Notes under the pieces: model-generated | What the model was told of the DNA's origin: nothing | Database searches by the model: none | Seen by the model: only the letters and a program-made list of their open reading frames with translations | DNA from: Rhodobiaceae bacterium | Lineage (GTDB): Bacteria > Pseudomonadota > Alphaproteobacteria > Rhizobiales > JANQQB01 | Assembly (NCBI GenBank): GCA_028285165.1 | Contig: JANQQB010000278.1 | Location: 394 to 64,393 of the forward strand | Direction of reading: 5' to 3' | DNA: 64,000 nucleotides | Program-made: the position numbers and the translations under genes | Shown here: piece by piece, positions 30,235-39,514 of the stretch | Position numbering within the stretch: position 1 is the stretch's first letter | Layout: each line of letters opens with the position of its first letter

Positions 30235-30780
30235 ATGACCATGCATCGGATTGTCGACCTTGAAAGCTATGTGCGTACGATCCCGGATTATCCGAAACCC
30301 GGGATCATGTTCCGCGATATCACGACCCTGATTGCCGATCCCGTCGGGTTCAGGGCGTCGGTCGACGGGTTGCTCGTGCCGTTCCTGACGATGGAAATCG
30401 ATCATGTTGCGGGCATCGAGGCACGCGGTTTCATACTGGGCGGTGCGGTCGCACATGAACTCGGGCGCGGTTTCGTGCCGATCCGCAAGAAGGGAAAACT
30501 GCCCTGGAAGACGATCGACCAAGATTACCAGCTGGAATACGGCGTCGACACGATCGAAATCCATGAGGATGCGATCAAACCCGGCGAGAAAGTGCTGGTC
30601 ATCGACGATCTGATCGCAACCGGCGGTACAGCCAATGCGGCCATCGAACTGATCCGACGGTCCGGCGGCGAGGTGGTTGCCGCGGCTTTCGTGATCGACC
30701 TGCCGGATCTTGGCGGAACGCGCCGCCTGCAGGAAACCGGTGTGCGCGTCCACACCCTTATGGAATTCGAAGGCGACTGA
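30235..30780 (+). CDS. apt: Adenine phosphoribosyltransferase
   Basis: [40 protein letters not shown] motifs. Confidence 0.96.
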   Translation: MTMHRIVDLESYVRTIPDYPKPGIMFRDITTLIADPVGFRASVDGLLVPFLTMEIDHVAGIEARGFILGGAVAHELGRGFVPIRKKGKLPWKTIDQDYQLEYGVDTIEIHEDAIKPGEKVLVIDDLIATGGTANAAIELIRRSGGEVVAAAFVIDLPDLGGTRRLQETGVRVHTLMEFEGD

Positions 30781-30804
30781 TCAGCCTGCGACGAGGTACT
30801 AGCT

Positions 30805-31272
30805 TCACAGCCCGATCATGACATGGCCGTCAAAGCTGAACACCAGGTCGCCGTCCTGATTGAAGCCCTCATTGTACGCATCCAGCATTGCCCAGCCGGG
30901 CCGCGATTTCAGGGGCCGTTTGGCCGTGAACGTTCCGAAATAGGTGACCGTGTCGCCGGCGAAGACGGGACGGGTCCATTTTAGGTTCTCAAAGCCCGGA
31001 GACGGACCGAGCCGCGGCGTTTCGTTACCGGCGTCCGTGTAAGCCTTGATTTCCCGTTGCCAGGTCTCGGTGTTGAGGCGCATCCAGATCGATCCCGTAT
31101 GCCATCCGCTGGCGCATAGCCGGCCGAAATGGGTTTTCGCGGCTTCCTCATCGGAGAGATGAAAACGCTGCGGGTCGAACTCCTTTGCAAAGGCGACGAT
31201 GTCTTCGGCCCGGAATGTGTGGGACCCGAGTTCACGGCGCACGCCGATCGGCACATAGTCGTAATAGCTCAT
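30805..31272 (-). CDS. MaoC-family dehydratase (NodN-like)
   Basis: FDPQRFHL, ASGWHT, PVFAGD; ATG 31272 overlaps the upstream stop. Confidence 0.88.
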   Translation of the reverse strand: MSYYDYVPIGVRRELGSHTFRAEDIVAFAKEFDPQRFHLSDEEAAKTHFGRLCASGWHTGSIWMRLNTETWQREIKAYTDAGNETPRLGPSPGFENLKWTRPVFAGDTVTYFGTFTAKRPLKSRPGWAMLDAYNEGFNQDGDLVFSFDGHVMIGL

Positions 31273-31721
31273 GCGGACCCGCGCCTTTCGACAAGGAGCG
31301 AGGTTTCCTGGACCAGAACCAGTTCGTCCCTCTGGTTGTGCATTTCGAAACGGCACAGCGCGATGCCCATGTCCGGACGGCTTTTCGAGATGCGGGCGCT
31401 GACGATATGCATACGCGCTTTGAGAATGTCGCCGGCAAGCACGGGGCGGCCCCACTTTACGCGGTCCACCCCGGGCGAGCCGAGGCTGCGCGTATTGTAG
31501 AGCAGTGCGTCATAGGTCATGCGCATCAGAATTGAGCAGGTGTACCAGCCGGAGGCGGCAAGACCGCCCAGCAGCGAGGTCCGGCCGGCTTCCTCGTCCA
31601 GGTGGAAGGGCTGCGGGTCGAACGCGCGGGCAAAGGCCATGATCTCGTCCTTTACGACGCGATGGGTGCCGAGATCGAACTCGGCTCCGGCCGGAAAGTC
31701 CTCAAAGGCGCGGCTTGTCAT
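31269..31721 (-). CDS. MaoC-family dehydratase
   Basis: FEDF, FDPQPFHLD, ASGWYT, SPGVD, PVLAGD motifs. Confidence 0.88.
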   Translation of the reverse strand: MTSRAFEDFPAGAEFDLGTHRVVKDEIMAFARAFDPQPFHLDEEAGRTSLLGGLAASGWYTCSILMRMTYDALLYNTRSLGSPGVDRVKWGRPVLAGDILKARMHIVSARISKSRPDMGIALCRFEMHNQRDELVLVQETSLLVERRGSA

Positions 31722-32187
31722 ACGGGCTCTTTGAGGCGGGACTCGAGGGGGCAGGCTTCGCAGATGCAGGACTTTTGGGGGCGGGGCTCGCGGAGACGGG
31801 GCCTGTGGGGGCCGTCGATGGACACGTCAGTTCGCGCAGCCAGGGCACCAGTTTTTCGAACCGGAAATCGCCAGCCCGTTTCAGATAGACGAGATAGGTT
31901 GCCGTCGTTTCGGGGTCGCCGTCGAAGCGGTGGCCGTTCATGCGCAAGAACACATCGGTTGCGGCAAAGGCGGTGCGCATGTTGCCCTCGGCAAACGGGC
32001 GGTGGACTGTGAGGCTCTCCATCAGGGCCGCCGCTTCCTCGATGATATCGGCATATTCTCCGGTCTGGGGCCGGAAGAGGGCGGCTTTCAGGGCCCCGCG
32101 GTCGCGCGTTGCGGCGTCGCCACCGAATGTGGCGATCAGCTGTTTGTGGATGCCGATCAGGTCCGCAGTCGTCAGGTAGTCGGTCAC
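31702..32187 (-). CDS. Doc/Fic-family toxin-like protein with a degenerate active site and a Pro/Ser/Ala tail
   Basis: TDYLT..LIGIH..LIATFGG...RD.GAL..ALFRPQTG.Y; HRPFAEGNMRTAF; FLRMNG; start is GTG 32187 or ATG 32199. Confidence 0.8.
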   Translation of the reverse strand: MTDYLTTADLIGIHKQLIATFGGDAATRDRGALKAALFRPQTGEYADIIEEAAALMESLTVHRPFAEGNMRTAFAATDVFLRMNGHRFDGDPETTATYLVYLKRAGDFRFEKLVPWLRELTCPSTAPTGPVSASPAPKSPASAKPAPSSPASKSPYDKPRL

Positions 32188-32276
32188 AGGTCCCGCCATA
32201 GTCCCGGGTCTGCCGGATGCGGCAGCCCTTGGTTCCGTTCGGCCCTGTTGTGCCGGCGGTCGAAGCGCAAGGCGGG

Positions 32277-32501
32277 TTACAGCCATGGGTCCTGATAACA
32301 TGCGTTGTTCCGGATCAGGCTGGCGCGAAGATGATCCATGACGTGCGGGCGCGGATTGTCTCCGCGCTTGCTCTCGATGTAATGCGCCATCGCATCTTCC
32401 AGCACGGCCTGAAATTGTCGGCCTTCCTCGCGCGCAATCGAACGCATCGCCGACAACAGGTCCGGTGTGGCCTGGGACGAAAATTTGACCCTGTTGCTCA
32501 T
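32277..32501 (-). CDS. Putative antitoxin (ribbon-helix-helix-like) upstream of the Doc-like gene
   Basis: 74 aa, KFSSQ...IAREEGRQFQAVLEDAM...PRPHVM; GGAG RBS; position directly upstream of doc. Confidence 0.7.
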   Translation of the reverse strand: MSNRVKFSSQATPDLLSAMRSIAREEGRQFQAVLEDAMAHYIESKRGDNPRPHVMDHLRASLIRNNACYQDPWL

Positions 32502-32760
32502 ATCTCCGTCTTAGGCCGACACGCCGGAGGCGACAAGGGCGCCGTGGAAAGATCCCATGTTTGTTTGAGCGCGGCAGGGGCCTGTCCGCTGCGACTGCCG
32601 GCTCCACCCGTCGTAGGGCCGACGGCGGGCCAGGCGGTTTGGCAGCGGCGACGATTTCGCCGCATGAAATCCGGCATTTGAGGACCGAAGCCGGGCCTTC
32701 TCCACAGTCGGATTTCAAATGATATGCGCGGCTAAATTATATGACATATCATTACTTGCA

Positions 32761-32776
32761 TGGCATATGTATTGCT
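32761..32776 (+). promoter_or_regulatory. Sigma54 (-24/-12) promoter
   Basis: TGGCAT-ATGTA-TTGCT matches TGGCAC-N5-TTGCW with correct spacing, 45 nt upstream of ATG 32822, in AT-rich DNA. Confidence 0.7.
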
Positions 32777-32821
32777 GCTAAGCGAAATGCGCATCAACTG
32801 GAGTTTGGGCGAGACTACGTT

Positions 32822-32974
32822 ATGTTGAGTTTTCTTGAGGAATATTGGCGTTTTCTGAAGGCCAGGAAAAAATTCTGGCTGGCGCCGATCATGATTGCAA
32901 TCATGCTTCTCGGCGGGTTGATTGTGCTCACCCAGGGCACAGCCGTGGCACCGTTCATTTACACGATCTTCTGA
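32822..32974 (+). CDS. DUF5989 (SxtK-like) small membrane protein
   Basis: WRFLKARKKFWLAP...GTAVAPFIYTIF signature, 50 aa. Confidence 0.88.
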   Translation: MLSFLEEYWRFLKARKKFWLAPIMIAIMLLGGLIVLTQGTAVAPFIYTIF

Positions 32975-32983
32975 CGCAACGAC

Positions 32984-33976
32984 ATGAAACGAGTGCTGTT
33001 TCATGCGATGTCGGTGCTGTTTCTGGGAGTTATCATCGGCGGTTCGGCCGAAATCCTGGTTCGTTTCGTGCTCGACGACGGCATGCAATACGACCTGGAA
33101 ATGTGGAAATATGCCCGGCAAGGCAAAAAGCTCTCCGACGATCCCGCAATCGGTCATGAGCATGTCGACAATGCGAAATTTCATGCCATGGGCGTGGATA
33201 TCGAGATCAATTCACACGGCATGCGCGGGCCGGAAGTTGAGCAGGCGAAGCCGGCGGACACATTTCGCATTCTGATGGTCGGGGACTCGCTCACTTTCGG
33301 ATGGGGAGTGAAGGCCGAAGAGACCTTTTCGCAGCGCCTCGAGGCGCTGCTCGTCCAGGACAATCGCCGCGTCGAAGTTCTCAATACCGGTATCGGGAAC
33401 ACAAACACGCCGATGCAGGCGCAATTGTTTGCGGCGCATGGACGAACGTTTCAGCCCGATCTGGTGATCATCAATTACTTCATCAACGACGCGGAATTCA
33501 CGCCTGATCACAGGGAACCGGGTTTCCTTGCGCGAAACTCCTTCTCCTACAATTTCTTCGTCGGCCGCCTCGATTCCGTCCTGCGCCTGTTTTCACAACG
33601 CAGCGGCTGGAAAGAGTATTATGCGGACCTGTATGGCGAAGACGGCAATTGGCAGGCCGCACGCGACGCGATCGGCAAGATCGTGGAGATGGCGCGCGCG
33701 GACGGTGGCGATGTGCTCCTGGTGAATTACCCGGAAATTCGCGAACTCACGCCCTATCCGTTCGAAGAGGTCACTGCCCGTCTGGCCGCGGTCGCGAACG
33801 AACTCGACATTCCGTTCCTGGATCTCCTGCCCTCCGTCGTCGACCAGCACCCCTCTGATCTGTGGGTCACTGTGCCTGATCCGCATCCGAACGGATTTGC
33901 AAACGGCTTCTTTGCTGACGCGCTCTACCGGAAACTGGTCGACGAGCGGATGGTGCCGGAACCGGCCGGAAGCTGA
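32984..33976 (+). CDS. Membrane-anchored SGNH/GDSL hydrolase-family protein
   Basis: N-terminal TM (AEILVR), NSHGMRG, VGDSLTFGWGV, NTGIG, FINDA, DPHPNGFAN. Confidence 0.9.
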   Translation: MKRVLFHAMSVLFLGVIIGGSAEILVRFVLDDGMQYDLEMWKYARQGKKLSDDPAIGHEHVDNAKFHAMGVDIEINSHGMRGPEVEQAKPADTFRILMVGDSLTFGWGVKAEETFSQRLEALLVQDNRRVEVLNTGIGNTNTPMQAQLFAAHGRTFQPDLVIINYFINDAEFTPDHREPGFLARNSFSYNFFVGRLDSVLRLFSQRSGWKEYYADLYGEDGNWQAARDAIGKIVEMARADGGDVLLVNYPEIRELTPYPFEEVTARLAAVANELDIPFLDLLPSVVDQHPSDLWVTVPDPHPNGFANGFFADALYRKLVDERMVPEPAGS

Positions 33977-34057
33977 GTGCACCGGAGCCTGAAATCCCGG
34001 TCCTGATTACGCTGACGGCCATATGCGGTTGAACCGCACAAGTTTGGGGCGACGCCT

Positions 34058-36250
34058 GTGTCCGACATACTGAAATCAATCGCCACGACTCTTGTTTCCT
34101 GTCTGGTGTCCCTGCTCCTGGTCGAGGGCGGATTGCGGCTCTGGCACGGGGTTCCCGTGTTTGCGCTTACCGATTTCCGCGGCCAGCACAAGCCGAACAC
34201 CGCTTTCAAGGGCCTGGTTCGATATGATGCCAATCTCGGTTGGGTGATGGCGGATCACCATTCCTCCGGCCAGATCCATACGGTCGATCACGGAATAAGG
34301 CGCAGTTCCGTCGGACAAAAGGCTGCGCATGAAGGGGGGATCCTGGTTTCCGGATCCTCCTTTACGGCGGGATCGGGTGTCGAGGATTGGGAGACCTGGC
34401 CAGCGTTCCTCGAAAACGAGACCGGTATTCCCGTCAACAATGCGGCCGTTGGTGGATGGGGATTGGACCAGGTCGTCCTACGCGCCGAGGATCTGCTTGA
34501 AAAGACGAAGCCCGATGTCCTCATGGTCGACATCATGGACACGACGATCCGATGGGCCGGCTACTCGATTCTGACCAATCCGAAACCGTATTTCGTTGTC
34601 GAGGACGGTCGATTGACCCGACCGGAGCCAACCGTGCCGAGGCGCGAAAACCAACAGCCTGAAGACGTCGGCATTCTGAAAAAGATCGCCGGGCACATTT
34701 ACGTTGCAGACCGGATCATGGCCATCGTCGATGCTCGGTCCTGGTATGCGCAATCCCCTCGAAGCACGGCCAAGACGAATGCCGATCCGGTTGAAGTCAC
34801 TTGCGAATTGGTCCGCAGGCTGGCGCTCAAGGCGGCTGAGGCGAACATCCGGTTCATGGTCGTGTCCGTCCCGACGGGGCAGGAAATCCAAATTTCGGAA
34901 AAACCGTCCAGCGTCGTCGCCCATACCGAAGAATGTCTCGCCGGATACGACATTCACATCGCACCAATCCGTGAGCGGCTTCTGGAAGCCATCAAAAACG
35001 AGACGATCACGCCCGGCGACTTCTTTCAGGTCGAGAACGGACAGGCGCTCGGCCACCTGACGAGCGAGGGGAACAAGTTCATTGCCGCAGTCGTAACTGA
35101 CGAACTCGCCCGCCAACCGCCTGCCGTCGACTTTGACATTCTGAGCCGATCCGCCGTGTCGGACGCATCGGTTGAGGCCGCTTCGACAACGGGTAACCTC
35201 TTGCAGAATTCGGAACGTCTGGAGGAGGTCTTCACACCGAACACCTTCGCACAGCTTCAACCGGCGGGCGATAGCGGCGACGGGCCGCGGCAATACGAGT
35301 TCCGGTTCTCCGGACTCGACCCGAAGAACCGCGCCTTTCTGGTCGGCCGGGATGTGCCGGTCGAACCGGGCTCCCATGTCTTTTCGATCGACGTCCGACC
35401 CGACCGCGTCGAAGACGTCATTTTTCAGATCTGGAGCCACAACAACGGCAGCACCTTTGCCGGGTTTAACTTCGAGCGAGAGGAAGCGCATATCTTTCCG
35501 GCCCATTTTGCGCTTGGCAGAAGCTGGCGCGCCGGCATGTCGAAAGGCGAGGACGGCTGGTACAGGCTCTGGATGAAGCTCGATCTGCCCGAGGCGACCG
35601 TCCGAATGATGGTCGGCCTCGGTGATGAGGGCGGTCATCTCACTCCTTTCGGCCAGTCGGCCCGGGTCCAGGTCCGTGCGCCGCAAATCGAACAAGGAGC
35701 GCGCGCCACTGCCTACCAGTCAACAAGTGTCAGGCCGGCAGCCGGCGACGGCGTCAATCTTCTGCCGGACGGTGATGCGCTGGTAGCGCTGTTGAACAAC
35801 ACCTCGAACCTGGAGATGAGTGTCGATTCGAATTTCTTTTCGCCGGATGAATACATGCTGAAGGCGTCCGGCGGCGAGGGCGAGCACTACGTCCGGTTTC
35901 CGGTCACGGTTCCGGAAGACGGGACGTATGTCTTTTCCTTTCAAGCCCGGTCTCATGGAACGGACTGGGTGCGCGTTCAATTGTTCGATGAGGCAGGGGA
36001 TGGCGGTCTGGCGGATGTCAATCTGAGACAGGAATCGGTCCGGTCGACCAGGCTGGGCGGCGACAGGGGCATCCAGGCCGGGGTCTTCGATGTGGATAAG
36101 GACCGAAAGACCGTATCTATTGCCGGTACCTTTAGAAGAGGGCCGGTTGTAATAACTGTACAGATACTTGATAATAAAGGCAGTTCTTCATTTTCCGCAA
36201 ACCAAGAGAAGATTATTGGTCGAGAATTTCGGCTCCAAAAAGCAATTTAG
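34058..36250 (+). CDS. SGNH-family protein with two C-terminal beta-rich (CBM/head-spike-like) repeats
   Basis: TM LLVEGGLR, SGSSFTAG, NAAVGGWGLDQ, GHLTSEGN; repeats begin GNLLQNSE and VNLLPDGD. Confidence 0.75.
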   Translation: MSDILKSIATTLVSCLVSLLLVEGGLRLWHGVPVFALTDFRGQHKPNTAFKGLVRYDANLGWVMADHHSSGQIHTVDHGIRRSSVGQKAAHEGGILVSGSSFTAGSGVEDWETWPAFLENETGIPVNNAAVGGWGLDQVVLRAEDLLEKTKPDVLMVDIMDTTIRWAGYSILTNPKPYFVVEDGRLTRPEPTVPRRENQQPEDVGILKKIAGHIYVADRIMAIVDARSWYAQSPRSTAKTNADPVEVTCELVRRLALKAAEANIRFMVVSVPTGQEIQISEKPSSVVAHTEECLAGYDIHIAPIRERLLEAIKNETITPGDFFQVENGQALGHLTSEGNKFIAAVVTDELARQPPAVDFDILSRSAVSDASVEAASTTGNLLQNSERLEEVFTPNTFAQLQPAGDSGDGPRQYEFRFSGLDPKNRAFLVGRDVPVEPGSHVFSIDVRPDRVEDVIFQIWSHNNGSTFAGFNFEREEAHIFPAHFALGRSWRAGMSKGEDGWYRLWMKLDLPEATVRMMVGLGDEGGHLTPFGQSARVQVRAPQIEQGARATAYQSTSVRPAAGDGVNLLPDGDALVALLNNTSNLEMSVDSNFFSPDEYMLKASGGEGEHYVRFPVTVPEDGTYVFSFQARSHGTDWVRVQLFDEAGDGGLADVNLRQESVRSTRLGGDRGIQAGVFDVDKDRKTVSIAGTFRRGPVVITVQILDNKGSSSFSANQEKIIGREFRLQKAI

Positions 36251-36416
36251 ATCTTTGATTCTTACTCACAATTCTTCATAAGACCATCGCCGACCGACGA
36301 CGCTCGATTCGTGCAGAGTTTTCATTCTGCGACCGATTGCGAACAAATCGACCTTGATCGGGGGATGCCGATTCGGCACCAGCTTCGTCGCATCGAAACA
36401 TGGAGCCCTCCGTACC

Positions 36417-37541
36417 GTGAGCACTTCCCCGTCCCGGCAAGCCAGCAACGGCGTGGTCGGTAAAGCAAAGGCATTCGTTGCAAATATCGCCCTTATGGCC
36501 GTCAGTCTCCTGGTCTTTGCTGCAATCACGGAGATCTCCCTGAGACTTGTCAATGGCATTCAGTTCTGGCCGATCGTGAATCTGATTGCAAAAGACAGGG
36601 CACTCCTGACCACGCAAACAGCGAACGAATACCATCCGACCGTCGGTTGGGTCTTGCGTCCGGGCATTGAAGGCAATCCCGACGATCCGGATACGTCGTT
36701 TACGATCGGAGAGTATGGCGTTCGAATGAATGAAGCCGGCATTCGGCCGGTTCCGTCGAATGCCGTCCTTGCGGTCGGAGATTCCTTCACCGCAGGATCA
36801 GAGGTCGGAGACCGTTGGGCCTGGCCCGCGCAGCTGGAAAGGCTGCTCGACAGTCCGGTCGTTAACGGGGCGGCCGGCGGCTGGGCCGCGGATCAGATTG
36901 TATTGCGCGGTGAGCATCTGACACCGCTTATCGAGCCGCATACCGTGATTCTGTCGTTTCTGGCGGATGACATTCTGCGATCGCAGTTTCGGGTCTACGG
37001 GTCGGCCAACAAGCCCTGGTTCTCCATCGACGCGGATGGGAGCCTGGTTCATCACAACAATCCGGTCCCCGAATTCTCCGGCAAACCGAGTGAATCCACT
37101 GCGCCGTTCGTCGGGTACTTTTACCTGCCGATATGGGTGATGGATCGGCTCGGGCTCGGCGCCGACTGGCGCCGTGGCATCGACAGCTACATCAAGGCCG
37201 ACACCGACCCGGTCGCCGTCAGTTGCAAGCTGCTGGAACGGGCCAAGGCCTATTATGCAAAACAAAACATCCGGCTGCTGTTTGTCTTGCAATATGGCGG
37301 TCACATGAACTTCGAAAACACGCCTCAATTGAGCTATGCCGCACCTGTTGTCGCGTGTGCGAGAGAGCTGGATATCGAGACGGTCGACACCTATCCTGCG
37401 CTCCTGAAGGCTTATCAAGCCGGTCTCGAAACCTTCAAGAATCTGTATGTCATGCACGACAACGATCGGGTCTTCGGCCACATGTCCGCTGCGGGCAACG
37501 CCCTGGTCGCTGAACTTGTGGCAAACCAGCTCGGTGACTAG
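36417..37541 (+). CDS. Membrane-anchored SGNH-family protein
   Basis: TM (TEISLR), VGDSFTAG, NGAAGGWAADQ, GHMSAAGN; start uncertain (GTG 36417 or TTG 36354). Confidence 0.82.
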   Translation: MSTSPSRQASNGVVGKAKAFVANIALMAVSLLVFAAITEISLRLVNGIQFWPIVNLIAKDRALLTTQTANEYHPTVGWVLRPGIEGNPDDPDTSFTIGEYGVRMNEAGIRPVPSNAVLAVGDSFTAGSEVGDRWAWPAQLERLLDSPVVNGAAGGWAADQIVLRGEHLTPLIEPHTVILSFLADDILRSQFRVYGSANKPWFSIDADGSLVHHNNPVPEFSGKPSESTAPFVGYFYLPIWVMDRLGLGADWRRGIDSYIKADTDPVAVSCKLLERAKAYYAKQNIRLLFVLQYGGHMNFENTPQLSYAAPVVACARELDIETVDTYPALLKAYQAGLETFKNLYVMHDNDRVFGHMSAAGNALVAELVANQLGD

Positions 37542-37572
37542 GTCCTAGGGCCTGGCCCTGAACAGTGTTGTT

Positions 37573-38670
37573 TCAGGTCGCGAACTTGAACAGCAGGACA
37601 TCGCCGTCCTTGACGACGTATTCCTTGCCCTCATCGCGGGCCTTGCCGGCGTCCTTGGCGCCCTGTTCGCCGTTCAGGCCGACATAGTCGTCAAAGGCGA
37701 TCGTCTGGGCGCGGATGAAGCCGCGTTCGAAATCGGTGTGGATGACAGCGGCCGCCTGCGGCGCCTTGGTGCCCTCACGGATCGTCCAGGCCCGTGCCTC
37801 TTTCGGGCCGGCGGTGAAATAGGTGATCAGGCCGAGCAGGCCGTAGCCGGCGCGGATCATGCGATCGAGGCCGGGCTCCGACAGGCCGATCGTCTCCAGG
37901 AATTCAGCCTGCTCGTCGGCCGGCAATTGCGCGATTTCCGCTTCGATGGCAGCCGAAATCACGACGCTGGCCGCGCCTTCCTCTGAGGCCCGTTCCGCAA
38001 CCCTGTCCGACAGGGCGTTGCCGGCGTCGGCCGAGGCCTCATCGACGTTGCAGACATACAGAACCGGCTTTGCGCTTAACAGGTGCAGCCCGGCAAAGAT
38101 CTTCGCCTGGTCCGGGCCGATGTCGAGCATGCGGGCCGGCTTGCCGTTCTGGAGGAGGTCGAGCGCGGCCTCCATGATCGGCAGAACCGCCTTGGCCTCC
38201 TTGTCGCCGACGGTCGCCTTTTTGCGGAGCGGCACGACACGCCGTTCGAGGCTTTCCAGATCCGCCAGCATCAATTCGGTTTCGATCGTTTCGATGTCGG
38301 CGATCGGATCGACGCGGCCGTCCACATGGGTCACATCGCCGTCCTCGAAACAGCGCACCACATGGGCAATTGCGTCCACTTCGCGGATGTTGGCGAGAAA
38401 CTGATTGCCCAGACCCTCACCCTTCGATGCGCCGCGGACCAGTCCGGCAATGTCGACAAAATTGATGCGGGCCGGAATGATTTCCGCGGACCGTGCAATG
38501 GATGCCAACCGGCTCACGCGGTCGTCGGGCACGGTCACGTCGCCGGTGTTCGGCTCGATCGTGCAGAACGGATAATTCGCCGCCTGGGCGGCTGCGGTTT
38601 TTGTCAAGGCGTTGAACAAGGTGGACTTGCCGACATTCGGCAAGCCGACAATGCCGCATTTGAAACCCAT
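37573..38670 (-). CDS. ychF: Redox-regulated ATPase YchF
   Basis: GIVGLPNVGKSTLFNAL, NYPFCTIEPN, DIAGLV, GEGLGNQFL motifs. Confidence 0.98.
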   Translation of the reverse strand: MGFKCGIVGLPNVGKSTLFNALTKTAAAQAANYPFCTIEPNTGDVTVPDDRVSRLASIARSAEIIPARINFVDIAGLVRGASKGEGLGNQFLANIREVDAIAHVVRCFEDGDVTHVDGRVDPIADIETIETELMLADLESLERRVVPLRKKATVGDKEAKAVLPIMEAALDLLQNGKPARMLDIGPDQAKIFAGLHLLSAKPVLYVCNVDEASADAGNALSDRVAERASEEGAASVVISAAIEAEIAQLPADEQAEFLETIGLSEPGLDRMIRAGYGLLGLITYFTAGPKEARAWTIREGTKAPQAAAVIHTDFERGFIRAQTIAFDDYVGLNGEQGAKDAGKARDEGKEYVVKDGDVLLFKFAT

Positions 38671-38687
38671 GGGTCAGCCCCTGTCTG

Positions 38688-39407
38688 TCATTGTCGGTCG
38701 GATCCCTTGAAGAAACGGCCGAAGGCCTCGACAAAGGGATTGGCGGAGGAGGGTGCGGGATCCGCCGGCCGGTTCCGCTCGGTCTTGGCCGCCGGTACCG
38801 GCGGCCGTTTGTCTGATTTGGCCGGCTTGCGTTCAGACCCGTCGTCCAACAGGGTATGGACCTTGTTGGCAAAACTTGCGTCGGAGCCGGAAGCGAGCGC
38901 CGGGGCGGCGTCGGCGATGGCGTCGATCAGCGGCTCCAGCCAGGTGCGATCCGCCTTGGCGAAGTCGCCCAGCACCCATTTGGTGACCCGCGCCTTGTCC
39001 CCGGGATGTCCGATACCGATGCGCAAGCGGCGATACCCGTCGCCCAAGTGAGCATGCAAGGACCGCAGGCCGTTGTGCCCGCTGTGCCCGCCGCCCAGTT
39101 TCATGCGGATCTTGCCGGGCGCGAGATCGAGTTCGTCGTAGATGACGAGGATATCGCGCGGCAGCAATTTGTAGAATTGCGCCGCCTCGCGGACGGCGCG
39201 GCCGGATTCGTTCATATAGGTGGCCGGTTTCAGAAGCAGAACGCGCGCCCCGTCGATCTGCCCCTCCGACACGAGGGCCTGGAACTTTTTTCGCCAGGCG
39301 GCAAACCCGTGCCGTCGGTGGATCGCGTCGACCGCCATGAAGCCGACATTGTGCCGGTTGTTCTGATATTGCGCGCCCGGATTGCCGAGCCCCGCGATCA
39401 AAAGCAT
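38688..39407 (-). CDS. pth: Peptidyl-tRNA hydrolase
   Basis: [37 protein letters not shown]; start moved to ATG 39407. Confidence 0.97.
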   Translation of the reverse strand: MLLIAGLGNPGAQYQNNRHNVGFMAVDAIHRRHGFAAWRKKFQALVSEGQIDGARVLLLKPATYMNESGRAVREAAQFYKLLPRDILVIYDELDLAPGKIRMKLGGGHSGHNGLRSLHAHLGDGYRRLRIGIGHPGDKARVTKWVLGDFAKADRTWLEPLIDAIADAAPALASGSDASFANKVHTLLDDGSERKPAKSDKRPPVPAAKTERNRPADPAPSSANPFVEAFGRFFKGSDRQ

Positions 39408-39514
39408 GGTGGCCTCCAACGGACGGTGCGCAGTCTTGAAAAACCGGTCGCGGAAAAGGCCGGCGCGGGTCGCGGCGCCGCCCGGCAAATCGTGTTCGTT
39501 GACGGAACGGCGAC

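Noticed and set aside
32822-33976. Saxitoxin cluster, suggested by SxtK-like and SxtL-like (GDSL) genes
   Set aside because: No sxtA, sxtG, sxtI or other core genes; these families are widespread outside toxin producers.
34058-36250. Prophage/GTA remnant, suggested by head-spike-like motifs
   Set aside because: The domain is fused to a cellular SGNH enzyme, and no capsid, terminase, tail or integrase genes are nearby.
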